A stretch of 47,422 nucleotides of DNA from an uncultured Isosphaeraceae bacterium (lineage in GTDB: Bacteria > Planctomycetota > Phycisphaerae > Phycisphaerales > SM1A02). Both the position numbers and the translations under genes were made by a program. Positions 38,042 through 46,946 of the stretch are shown here, in pieces. Under the pieces are notes generated by a model. That model made no database searches and was not told the DNA's origin. It saw only the letters and a list, made by a program, of their open reading frames with translations. Every line of letters begins with the position of its first letter. Position 1 is the first letter of the stretch. The stretch is taken from positions 1 through 47,422 of the forward strand of contig CAZLCM010000001.1 of assembly GCA_964558055.1 (NCBI GenBank). The letters are read 5' to 3'.

Positions 38042-39483
38042 TTAAAACTTGTTTTACAGTTGCTCTATCGCTCTGTACTTTCAATGCAGATTGTGCAACC
38101 CAAGATACTTTGCAAGAACATTTTGTACGTATTGTTGGTGAAGAATCAGAATTACTCCCTAGCCCAACAGTTCACGAAGCAGCACAACAATACATTATTG
38201 GTCGTCAGTATTTAAATGAAGAAAAATATGGAAATGCAATTGTCCATTTCAAGAAAGCAGTTGAGCTAGATAACAATGCATACGCACCTTGGGTTGGTTT
38301 GGCTCTCGCTTTATCAGAGACAGGTCGCTTAGATACGGCACTTTCAATCTGGAGAGAAGTTCTCGCCCGCAACCCTTCTCACGGTGAAGCACTTTTGATT
38401 GTTGGTTTAGATGATGCTCGATTAGGTGATATAGAGATTGCCAAAAGAAGGTTAGCAAAAAGATGGTTGCAAAATCAGGATGCAGAGATTGAATCGCTAC
38501 TTCGTGATTCTGCTTTATTGGTAATTTTTGAAGCCCAGAATAATCAAGAAGTGTTAAATCTAATTAATCACGAATTCCAACTTACATTTGATGCTGCGGT
38601 AACAACTTTGATTAATCAAAATAATCACAGCAATTGGATTGGAGTTTTACAGCAATTAGTAGATGTAGGAGCAGCACCGATCGCCTCTCGGGTTGTATCT
38701 GCTGCATCATTCCACGTTAACGATAGAATTCAAAGCACTCTTTTAACCGCGCTTCCTTTACTAGAAATTGCCTCATTCGGGGATGGGTCACTTACGGAGC
38801 AAGTTTACACAAAGGTGTCTCTAACAAAAGAGATTCCACTAGCACCAAGATGGTTTGAACCAGTAACGCTTGCGGAAGCACTTTCAATGGCAGCCCAATC
38901 AATGTCTATGTTTGGTGTTGTTGACGCTCCTATTAAATTATATGAATCATCCATTACTCTTGATTCAAGCGATGCTCTGACGATGAACAACTTGGCTTGG
39001 ATGAAACTAAACCGCGACGGTGTAACTGAAGAGGTAGAAGAACTTTGTACTAAAGCGTATGCATTAGATAATACAGCGCCATATATTTTGGATACGGTGG
39101 GGTGGATGCACGTTCAAAATGGTGAACCTCAAAAAGCAGTTCCTCTGTTTCTTGAAGCACTTAGAATCACCGAACAGCCAAGTCCAGAAACATATGTTCA
39201 TCTTGGGGATGCGTATTGGCAAATTAACGAACCGGAAAATGCAATAGTAAATTGGAGAATTGCTTCGTCGATTCTAAGCAATCCAGAAACAAAAAAGGCA
39301 TACATTGAGGGTTTTATGTCAATGGCGCACTCAATTTGGGGAATTTCAGTGGCAACACCTGAGGCGTTGTATGATTTAGAATTAGGCGAGACAACTCGAA
39401 AAGTAATGGAAACAATAAACGCTTATGAGTCAGGCAATTATTCGAAAGTAAGCGAGTTAATAGAAATAGACGGAGCAAACTGA
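38038..39483 (+). CDS. secreted TPR-repeat protein
   Basis: GTG start overlapping the upstream stop (GTGA). Signal-like MIKTCFTVALSLCTFNADC. TPR-like units (YGNAIVHFKKAVELDNNAYAPW, AVPLFLEALRI, LGDAYWQINEPENAI). Confidence 0.7.
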   Translation: MIKTCFTVALSLCTFNADCATQDTLQEHFVRIVGEESELLPSPTVHEAAQQYIIGRQYLNEEKYGNAIVHFKKAVELDNNAYAPWVGLALALSETGRLDTALSIWREVLARNPSHGEALLIVGLDDARLGDIEIAKRRLAKRWLQNQDAEIESLLRDSALLVIFEAQNNQEVLNLINHEFQLTFDAAVTTLINQNNHSNWIGVLQQLVDVGAAPIASRVVSAASFHVNDRIQSTLLTALPLLEIASFGDGSLTEQVYTKVSLTKEIPLAPRWFEPVTLAEALSMAAQSMSMFGVVDAPIKLYESSITLDSSDALTMNNLAWMKLNRDGVTEEVEELCTKAYALDNTAPYILDTVGWMHVQNGEPQKAVPLFLEALRITEQPSPETYVHLGDAYWQINEPENAIVNWRIASSILSNPETKKAYIEGFMSMAHSIWGISVATPEALYDLELGETTRKVMETINAYESGNYSKVSELIEIDGAN

Positions 39484-39484
39484 T

Positions 39485-40231
39485 ATGGCTGGTCATAGTA
39501 AATGGGCAAACATAAAACATAGAAAAGCAAGGCAAGATGCAGTCAAAGGAAAAGCTTGGTCAAAATGTAGCCGTGCAATAATGGTTGCTGTTAAAAATGG
39601 TGGTCCCGACCCAGACGTGAACCTAACCTTACGTTATGCAATTGAAGATGCCAAAGCCGTCAATATGGCTAAAGACACTATTGAAAAGGCAATTAAGAAA
39701 GCAAGTGGTGAGGGCGATGAAGGCGTTCGCTACGAAGAAGTTCGATATGAAGGTTATGGGCCAAACGGCATAGCAATAATCATTGATGTGTTAACTGATA
39801 ACGTAAATCGCACTGCTCCGGAGATGAGGAAGTTGTTTGAAAAGGTAAACGGCAACCTCGCAAAACCGGGTGCTGTCGCTTTTGGGTTTACAAGCACTGG
39901 TGTGATACTTATTGAGGAAAGCGAAACATCAGAAGATCAACTTATGGAAGTAGCACTTGATGCTGGTGCGAGCGATATTACTCAGAGCGACGGTGGGTGG
40001 GAAGTAACTTGTGAACCAGCGGATTTTCTAAATTTAAGACAGGCAATTGAAAGTGCGGGAATTAAGACCGTCTCAGCTCAAGTCACGATGATTCCAGCAA
40101 CAACGGTCTCATGCGATGTAGAACAAGGTTCTAAGATGATGCGCCTCATTGAGGAGTTTGAAGACCATGAAGATGTCCAAAATGTTTATTCAAACGCTGA
40201 CATTCCCGACGAAGCGATGGAATCCGAATGA
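39485..40231 (+). CDS. YebC/PmpR-family DNA-binding regulatory protein
   Basis: MAGHSKWANIKHRKARQDAVKGK...YEGYGPNGIAIIID...TDN.NRT family signature. Confidence 0.95.
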   Translation: MAGHSKWANIKHRKARQDAVKGKAWSKCSRAIMVAVKNGGPDPDVNLTLRYAIEDAKAVNMAKDTIEKAIKKASGEGDEGVRYEEVRYEGYGPNGIAIIIDVLTDNVNRTAPEMRKLFEKVNGNLAKPGAVAFGFTSTGVILIEESETSEDQLMEVALDAGASDITQSDGGWEVTCEPADFLNLRQAIESAGIKTVSAQVTMIPATTVSCDVEQGSKMMRLIEEFEDHEDVQNVYSNADIPDEAMESE

Positions 40232-40650
40232 ATAGAGTTGCCATACTTATAACTCTACTCTTTTTGCAAAGTTGCACAACTCCACAACACGCTTGGCCGA
40301 AACAAAGCAAAGAGATAGTTTGGACTGCTATGGTTGCAGTAGCAAATTCACCTGACTACGATGCAACAGACCCAAGGAAGAGATGGATAGTTGTTGAAAA
40401 TAAAGTAGATGCCAATTCACAAACTGGAATAATTCTAGTAAACCGCACCATTGCAAGGTCTTTTCAGTTACCTCTACAAAAAGAGCAGCACGAAGAAAGA
40501 CATTGGTTCTTCGATATTCGGCTTTTGCCAAATCAAACACCGACGGTCACTTTCGATACGGTTAAACAATCAATGATTCCTGCTCAAGTTCATGACGAGG
40601 CTGACAGATATTTTGAGCAAATTAACGAACTCATTCAACTCGACGAGTAA
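40228..40650 (+). CDS. lipoprotein, unknown function
   Basis: Lipobox LFLQSC after MNRVAILITL. The ATG overlaps the YebC-family stop (ATGA). Confidence 0.65.
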   Translation: MNRVAILITLLFLQSCTTPQHAWPKQSKEIVWTAMVAVANSPDYDATDPRKRWIVVENKVDANSQTGIILVNRTIARSFQLPLQKEQHEERHWFFDIRLLPNQTPTVTFDTVKQSMIPAQVHDEADRYFEQINELIQLDE

Positions 40651-40660
40651 CTCTGCCCAT

Positions 40661-40700
40661 AAACAACCCGCGGTCCATAAACGACCCGCGGGATTGTTTT
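40661..40700 (+). repeat. truncated (40661-40676) plus exact (40679-40700) copies of the 22-nt repeat
   Basis: ATAAACAACCCGCGGTCC followed by ATAAACGACCCGCGGGATTGTTTT. Lies between convergent genes. Confidence 0.85.
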
Positions 40701-40727
40701 CTGGTATCCAAACTGGAGGGCTGTTCC

Positions 40728-41741
40728 TTAACCAGCTTCAGCGCGAGGGTGTGCTTGGTCGTATGACTCACGCATTCGTTTTGTCGTCAAATGTGTATAG
40801 ACCTGAGTTGTTGACAACGACTGGTGCCCAAGTAGTTCTTGAACGCTTCTAAGATCTGCTCCATTATCAAGTAGATGTGTTGCAAAACTATGTCGTAAAG
40901 TGTGGGGACTGATTGAGGGATCAAGCCCAACTTGCTCCAAGTATTTGCTAACTTTGCGTCGTACTGAACGAGTTGATAGACGCGTTTCATGTTTATTGAT
41001 AAAGAGTGGATCTTCGGACTCATTTGGTATATTGTTTTTACTTAGGACGCCAAGGTAATGTGAAACGGCAGCCATTGCGTGGGTTCCAAGTGGGACAATT
41101 CTTTCCTTACGGCCCTTACCTCGTATGACAATTGCTTGTCCTGTTTCATCAATATCGCCAAAATTGATTCCTACAAGTTCACTGACTCGTATTCCTGTTG
41201 AGTAGAGTGTTTCCATAATTGCACGGTCACGTGCACCAAGCAACGTTTTGTCATTTGGAGCAGAAAGTAATTTTTCTACTTGTTCAACGCCAATAGCTTT
41301 TGGAAGGCGTTTCTTTTGCCTTGGCGTTCGAATCAACGTCATAGGGTTTGAATCTATTGAGTTATTTTTTTCAAGCCATTTGTAAAAACTACGTAATGTT
41401 GCAATCTTTCTAGCCATCGTTGCAGGGGAGTAGTTGGATTCTGCGAGATACGCTAAGAAACTGCGTAGGTATTCTGTATCAGCATTCACAATATGTTCAC
41501 TGATTGTCTCAGGTCCTACGTGGCCTGCGATTTCTTTTTCACCCGCTGCGTAACGTTGCCATGCTGCTGTTTCTGCGGGGATATCGAGGGTTAAATTTTG
41601 TTCTTCTGTGATCCAGATGAGATATTGCCGAAGATCGACTCCGTAGCACCTACCCGTGTAATCACTAAAAGCTCTTTCATCTAGCAGATAACCCAAAAAA
41701 GCAGTAACAATTGGTACGTTTTGTTCAATATTCTTTTTCAT
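40728..41741 (-). CDS. tyrosine site-specific recombinase, XerC/XerD-like
   Basis: N-terminal SAM-like core-binding domain (FLGYLLDERAFSDYTGRCYGVDLRQYL). Catalytic ARDRAIMETLYSTGIRVSE, HTLRHSFATHLL, LGHQSLSTTQVYTH. Confidence 0.9.
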   Translation of the reverse strand: MKKNIEQNVPIVTAFLGYLLDERAFSDYTGRCYGVDLRQYLIWITEEQNLTLDIPAETAAWQRYAAGEKEIAGHVGPETISEHIVNADTEYLRSFLAYLAESNYSPATMARKIATLRSFYKWLEKNNSIDSNPMTLIRTPRQKKRLPKAIGVEQVEKLLSAPNDKTLLGARDRAIMETLYSTGIRVSELVGINFGDIDETGQAIVIRGKGRKERIVPLGTHAMAAVSHYLGVLSKNNIPNESEDPLFINKHETRLSTRSVRRKVSKYLEQVGLDPSISPHTLRHSFATHLLDNGADLRSVQELLGHQSLSTTQVYTHLTTKRMRESYDQAHPRAEAG

Positions 41742-41756
41742 TGGTAATTCCAGTAT

Positions 41757-42092
41757 TTATGCGGCCTTGGCAGTTATTTTTGACATTTCGTGGCAAACCA
41801 TCGCAGCGTCAAACCAATCAAAGTCGGCTTCGGGAGATTTTGCGATTTCGGTAATCGCTTTCACGGCAGTAATCTCTTCGCCTGCCTCCCATTCAAATCT
41901 CCATTGATGATTTCCTTTCATAAGGACAACACGATTGGGATTTTCTTTTTTGTCAGCCATGCAATAGTTCTCGGTCTTAAGTAGTGCAGTAATTAGTAAA
42001 TTTAGTGGGTTTGCTTCAAATATCGGTCGTTGGCGAGTGTTCAAGGTGTATCGATCCATAGGTACATTGGTGTGGTTCTGAACCACGTTCAT
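41757..42092 (-). CDS. small hypothetical protein upstream of the recombinase (start uncertain: 42092, 42059 or 41960)
   Basis: ORF only, 15 nt upstream of the xer-like gene on the same strand. No convincing Shine-Dalgarno at any candidate start and no motif. Confidence 0.4.
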   Translation of the reverse strand: MNVVQNHTNVPMDRYTLNTRQRPIFEANPLNLLITALLKTENYCMADKKENPNRVVLMKGNHQWRFEWEAGEEITAVKAITEIAKSPEADFDWFDAAMVCHEMSKITAKAA

Positions 42093-42344
42093 AGAGTTCG
42101 CTCAACTCGCAATCCACTGAGTTGACCGTAGTAAGTTGGATTTGTGGCTTTGGGTTCCACCCAAAGCGGTATCCGGTCAACACTCTTATCGGACGAGTTC
42201 GTGCAATTGCTTGAACTTACAATATGCTGTTAGATAAATCTTTGAATCAAGATATCCTTTCAACTTTTACACCCGATAACACAATAATTCTATGTATAGC
42301 ACCCTCGCAAAACAGCGTGGATAAGGGTAGAATGGGCGATTCTC

Positions 42345-42417
42345 GATCGCGTAGCTCAGCTGGTAGAGCACCTGACTTTTAATCAGGCGGTCTTGGGTTC
42401 GAATCCCAACGCGATCA
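42345..42417 (+). tRNA. tRNA-Lys (anticodon UUU), 73 nt, CCA not encoded
   Basis: Manual cloverleaf: acceptor GATCGCG/CGCGATC, D-arm GCTC/GAGC, anticodon stem CCTGA/TCAGG with loop CTTTTAA, T-arm TTGGG-TTCGAAT-CCCAA, discriminator A. Confidence 0.95.
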
Positions 42418-42435
42418 TTCATGGATGGAGGATTG

Positions 42436-45400
42436 ATGCTTGTTATTCACGCAAATTGGAAGGCCGGCCACCTGCACTTATGGGCCGAGTCATTGGATGA
42501 GTTTAATTCTCTTACCAAATCAATCTCCGAAAAAATAATTGTAAACGAAGAGTCAACCTCTGTTGCAACTGAACAAGTTTCAGTTCACCCATACACAGTT
42601 ACTTCAGAACATTTATCAAAGACACTCATCGATGCTGGAATTGAGTTGGATCGTTTTAAGGAAGATTCTCTTAACTTAAAATTGCCAACTGACAACCTCT
42701 GTCCTTGGCCAAGTGATAGATTGGTCAGCATAATGGGTGACTTCGAACACCCAAGCGACCCGTCGCTTAGGGAGGTATCTGTCCCTACTCTTGCGGTTCA
42801 CGCATCAGATGCAATCAAAATATTAAATAATCTGTCACACCATGCCTGTGATGAAAAATTTGAAGTTGGACAGTCAATACACTTTTGGTCAAGTGCTGCA
42901 CAATTAGTGATAGACCTTCTTGTTGACCAGAGGTTTATCCCATCATTGCTACAGGTTGATCGAAAACACTTAACAGCAAAGTGGACATCTTGGCTTCACG
43001 ACGAAGAAGTTGTAGAGCGGTTCGGACTTTTGCTCCGCGCAATGCCACCAGTTGCAAGGTCTACAGCCCCAGATGGACGAGTGCTTCTTGAAACTGCTAT
43101 TGAAGACATGACTAATGGCCTTATTCGTGACATCCTCATCGAAGATGACTTTGTTGATGCTGTTGACGATTGGGATCCATCAGAAGATGCACATGTCGGT
43201 TGGCTTTCGGCTTTATTACACGAGCAAAGCCTAGTTGTTGGCAATCCAGATCGCCTTCTCAGCGTGTTTACCGATGCTCGGCGTTGGCTTGGACGACTTT
43301 GCGATGTAGGTGAGGACCTATCATGGAGATTGCTACTTGAATTACATGAACCAACCGAAGAAGTTGATGTTTGGACGTTAACGTTTGCATTGCAATCTGC
43401 TGAAGACGAATCAAGAGAGGTCTCGGCAGTTGAGGTTTGGGGAGAATCTGGAAGCGAAGGTGGAAGCGACGACCGACTTCCAGAGTTGTTCTTGAGCGAG
43501 TTAGACCGTGCTGCAATGTTGTATCCAAAACTTGAATCATCTCTAGAAGAATCGATGCCATCTGAAATCGAACTTTCAACCGTAGAAGCCCACCGATTTT
43601 TAGTAGAGTATGTTCCTCTTCTTGAAGAATCTGGCTTTAGAACCTCCTTACCACTTTGGTGGGGAAGTGAACAAAGCACCTTGAGTGCCAATTTACATAT
43701 CGAATCTCCTTCACTAGAGGTGGCACTTGCTCAGCGCGCAGAAGGTGCATTTGGTTCTACTTCTGTTCTTGGTTTAAACGCAATTGTTGAGTGCCAATGG
43801 CAAGTTGCAGTTGGTGGGCACCTTCTAACACAAGAGGAATTTGAGGATTTACTAAAACAGAAACAACCTCTGGTTCAAGTACAGGGCAGGTGGGTTCATC
43901 TTCAAAAAGGAGCAATTGAAGAAGCCAAACGCCTATTTTCTGATGGTGCAAAAACCGAGATCCAATTGCTTGAAGCACTTCGATTAGCCCATGGTGATGG
44001 AGAAACATTGCATGCTCTTTCTATTGGTGACCTAACCGCAACTGGGTGGGTACACGAATTACTGGAATCAACAACAGACAGCGAATCACTGCCTGAGATA
44101 CAACAACCAGCAAAATTTGAAGGTCAGTTAAGACCCTATCAAATAACAGGTTTACGTTGGATGGCTTTCCTTTCCAAATTTGGTGTAGGTACTTGCCTTG
44201 CAGATGATATGGGTCTTGGCAAGACAATTCAGTTGATAGCACTGTTGCAACACGAACGCACTGAACAAGATGTAATGGTTGGTGCAACTCTTTTGGTTGT
44301 ACCGACGTCTGTAGTTGGGAACTGGGATAGAGAACTAGATAAGTTCTCACCTGAGTTAAAAGTACACGTGCACCACGGAATAAACCGCCCTTTAGGAGAA
44401 TCGTTCACGGATAAAGTTTCGGAAAGCGATGTTGTTATTACAACTTACGGATTGGTTCACCGTGATCGTGAAACATTGAATATGATTTCTTGGCACAGAG
44501 TCGCTCTTGACGAAGCGCAGTACATTAAAAACCCCCCAACTAAGCAAGCCCAATCAATTCGTTCTTTGAAAGCATGGCATAGAGTTGCATTAACTGGTAC
44601 ACCAGTCGAAAATCGATTAATCGAACTCTGGTCTATCATGGAGTATTTAAACCCCGGATATCTAGGACCAGCAACGACTTTCAAGCGTACTATTGCAAGA
44701 CCAATTGAGCAACGCCGTGACCCAAAGAGATCCGAGCAGTTAAGAAGAATGATTCAGCCATTTGTATTGCGTCGGTTAAAAACAGACGCAACGGTTATTG
44801 ATGATTTACCCGACTGTGTACAGACAAAAGAGTATGCAAACTTGACAGCAGAGCAAGCAGGTATTTACGAACAAGTGGTGAATAAAATGGTTAGCGAGGT
44901 CGAGCGGTCTGAAGGAATTCAGCGAAGAGGACTCGTTTTATCAACCTTGGTGAAACTAAAGCAAATTTGCAATCATCCCGCACATTATTCTCAAGCGGGT
45001 CACAGGGATGGCGTTATTCTTACCGAGTCCTCAGCACCGGGTCTACAATCAGCTCGTTCTGGCAAAACAACTCGTTTAATGTCGTTACTCGAAGAAGTAA
45101 TTGCTACTGGCGAAAAGGCATTGGTCTTTACTCAGTTTAGGGAAATGGGTCGCCTTTTATCCGCGATGATTCAACATGACCTTGAATGTGACACCCTTTT
45201 CTTGCACGGTGGTACACCACCAAAACGAAGGCAGCAATTTATTGATAGATTCCAATCAGATGACGGCAATGTTCCCGTTTTCATTCTCTCGCTTAAAGCA
45301 GGTGGAGTAGGATTAAACCTTACTGCCGCAAATCATGTTTTTCACTTTGATCGTTGGTGGAACCCCGCTATTGAAAACCAAGCGACTGATCGTGCTTTTA

Positions 45401-45603
45401 GAATTGGGCAACAAAAAACAGTGCAAGTGCACAAGTTTGTTTGTACCGGAACGCTTGAAGAGCGAATCGACCAAATGATTGAACAGAAAATGGAACTAGC
45501 AGAAAACATAGTTGGTTCTGGTGAGCAATGGTTGTCTGAACTTTCAGCAAGTCAGTTACGCGACATGCTTGTATTGCGTGAATCAGCACTGGAGCAAGAG
45601 TAA
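42436..45603 (+). CDS. SNF2-family DEAD/H ATPase/helicase with a long N-terminal accessory region
   Basis: Motifs LRPYQ, ADDMGLGKT (I), DEAQYIKN (II), LTGTPVEN (III), LSLKAGGVGLNL, QATDRAFRIGQ (VI). ATG 42436 follows GGAGG (42427-42431); the ORF opens at 42421. Confidence 0.92.
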   Translation: MLVIHANWKAGHLHLWAESLDEFNSLTKSISEKIIVNEESTSVATEQVSVHPYTVTSEHLSKTLIDAGIELDRFKEDSLNLKLPTDNLCPWPSDRLVSIMGDFEHPSDPSLREVSVPTLAVHASDAIKILNNLSHHACDEKFEVGQSIHFWSSAAQLVIDLLVDQRFIPSLLQVDRKHLTAKWTSWLHDEEVVERFGLLLRAMPPVARSTAPDGRVLLETAIEDMTNGLIRDILIEDDFVDAVDDWDPSEDAHVGWLSALLHEQSLVVGNPDRLLSVFTDARRWLGRLCDVGEDLSWRLLLELHEPTEEVDVWTLTFALQSAEDESREVSAVEVWGESGSEGGSDDRLPELFLSELDRAAMLYPKLESSLEESMPSEIELSTVEAHRFLVEYVPLLEESGFRTSLPLWWGSEQSTLSANLHIESPSLEVALAQRAEGAFGSTSVLGLNAIVECQWQVAVGGHLLTQEEFEDLLKQKQPLVQVQGRWVHLQKGAIEEAKRLFSDGAKTEIQLLEALRLAHGDGETLHALSIGDLTATGWVHELLESTTDSESLPEIQQPAKFEGQLRPYQITGLRWMAFLSKFGVGTCLADDMGLGKTIQLIALLQHERTEQDVMVGATLLVVPTSVVGNWDRELDKFSPELKVHVHHGINRPLGESFTDKVSESDVVITTYGLVHRDRETLNMISWHRVALDEAQYIKNPPTKQAQSIRSLKAWHRVALTGTPVENRLIELWSIMEYLNPGYLGPATTFKRTIARPIEQRRDPKRSEQLRRMIQPFVLRRLKTDATVIDDLPDCVQTKEYANLTAEQAGIYEQVVNKMVSEVERSEGIQRRGLVLSTLVKLKQICNHPAHYSQAGHRDGVILTESSAPGLQSARSGKTTRLMSLLEEVIATGEKALVFTQFREMGRLLSAMIQHDLECDTLFLHGGTPPKRRQQFIDRFQSDDGNVPVFILSLKAGGVGLNLTAANHVFHFDRWWNPAIENQATDRAFRIGQQKTVQVHKFVCTGTLEERIDQMIEQKMELAENIVGSGEQWLSELSASQLRDMLVLRESALEQE

Positions 45604-46442
45604 TGGCAAAACCAACCACAACGAGAAAAGGGAAACCAAGCATGAAACTCAAGACCTCCATCGAGGACTTGAGAATGCATGCACCATCAGCATGGGTGAT
45701 GGAATCAATCGAAAACAACTTTACTATGGATTGTCTTGTCGCAGGTCAAAACTATGCTATGGACGGTCAAATTAAATTTTTAAAGATGACTAAAGGAAAG
45801 ATTACTGCAAAAGTACAGTGTACAGAAGAGAAGCCTTTTCGATTAGAAATCAATGTACCTGTTTTATCATCAGATGAATGGACCAAGGTTGCACAGCGTA
45901 TGTCTGGGGAAGCAAGAGTAGCAGCGCGTTTGTCCGCTGGTAAAGTTCCTTCTAACCTTGCCTTGATGTTGCATGATTGTGGACAGTCATCGTTTTCGGA
46001 TGACCTTAAGGTTGACTGTGGTTGTAACGCAACAAAACCGTGTAAACATGCAGCTGCTGCAATGTTCTTAACGGCGCAACGGCTTCTCGCAATGCCACTT
46101 ATGTTTTTTCAAATGAAGGGTACTGATAAGGATGATCTTCTTATCAAATTACGTCAAGCAAGAACGCTTGAGGCAAAGGGAGAAGCAAGAGCGCATGCAA
46201 GTATACGAGAGGATGATTTGCCAAATCTTCCACCATTAGAGGACTGCTTGGAAGACTTTTGGCGTTCGCCACAATCAACAAAAGACGCTGATAGAGTGCC
46301 AATGCCAACACACCTGCCACACACTCTATTACGACGTTTGGGCATTTCCCCAATGGATGGAAAATTCCCAATGGCGGGCTTGCTAGAAACGATTTACGAC
46401 GATGTTTCAAGGGCTGCTAGGGAACGTCGAAGAGATTCCTGA
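45603..46442 (+). CDS. SWIM zinc-finger protein
   Basis: CGCNATKPCKHAAA (CxCx5CxH). The ATG overlaps the SNF2 stop (TAATG). Confidence 0.85.
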   Translation: MAKPTTTRKGKPSMKLKTSIEDLRMHAPSAWVMESIENNFTMDCLVAGQNYAMDGQIKFLKMTKGKITAKVQCTEEKPFRLEINVPVLSSDEWTKVAQRMSGEARVAARLSAGKVPSNLALMLHDCGQSSFSDDLKVDCGCNATKPCKHAAAAMFLTAQRLLAMPLMFFQMKGTDKDDLLIKLRQARTLEAKGEARAHASIREDDLPNLPPLEDCLEDFWRSPQSTKDADRVPMPTHLPHTLLRRLGISPMDGKFPMAGLLETIYDDVSRAARERRRDS

Positions 46443-46593
46443 AAGAATATTTGGAATTGGGGGCTTATCTAAACGTAAACCAATCGGTTTTTTATTATTG
46501 GACGTAACTTTTTCTACAATTGCAACAAAAGTCGACTTATTAGTAGGCCGATAGGTTTGCAGCCCTCGCTTTGAAGGACACGGAAACAACACT

Positions 46594-46851
46594 ATGAATA
46601 ACAGAAACAAATCATCAGAACATGTAAGACCAATGCTAGAAGCAATGGCAAGGTCAATTGAAGCAGCAAGGTCAAAGCGAACTACACCTGAAAAAACCGC
46701 ATGGTCTGGGTCGTCGGAGGGGACGACCTCGGCAAATGCTGATTTTTTAATCGGATCTCCTGTAGCAGATAACGGAAAAGCAAAGGCACAACCAAAATCT
46801 CCAGGGGGTTCCTTTTTTAGAGATCGAGAAACCTACCGCAAGGCGGGATAA
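46594..46851 (+). CDS. hypothetical 85-aa low-complexity protein
   Basis: ORF only, followed 30 nt later by a strong terminator. Weak Shine-Dalgarno. Confidence 0.35.
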   Translation: MNNRNKSSEHVRPMLEAMARSIEAARSKRTTPEKTAWSGSSEGTTSANADFLIGSPVADNGKAKAQPKSPGGSFFRDRETYRKAG

Positions 46852-46881
46852 ATCTAGTGAATTAAAATTGATCCATCCCTG

Positions 46882-46924
46882 ACAAGAAAACGGCTCGCCA
46901 AATCATGGCGAGCCGTTTTCTTGT
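46882..46924. terminator. bidirectional intrinsic terminator (18-bp perfect stem)
   Basis: ACAAGAAAACGGCTCGCC aaatcat GGCGAGCCGTTTTCTTGT. Sits between the small ORF (+) and rplS (-). Confidence 0.85.
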
Positions 46925-46946
46925 TAGTGATTGTAATTTTCTCTGT

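Noticed and set aside
42316-42324. DnaA box (CGTGGATAA, 8/9 to TGTGGATAA), suggesting an origin
   Set aside because: It is a single copy, with no cluster of boxes or AT-rich unwinding element. It lies in the likely tRNA promoter region.
42996-43691. 231-aa antisense ORF inside the SNF2 gene (and the nested 43268-43579 ORF)
   Set aside because: It is Ser-rich and low-complexity with no motifs. It lies fully inside a gene whose sense frame has clear helicase-family features. This is a typical antisense open frame.
40728-46924. Classic tRNA-targeted genomic island (integrase + tRNA-Lys + cargo)
   Set aside because: The recombinase has XerC/XerD-type architecture and lies on the 5' side of the tRNA, pointing away from it. 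I found no direct repeat of the tRNA 3' end (GGTTCGAATCCCAACGCGATCA) downstream of the SNF2/SWIM genes. Base composition does not visibly shift. The block is kept only as accessory-looking, not called a mobile element.
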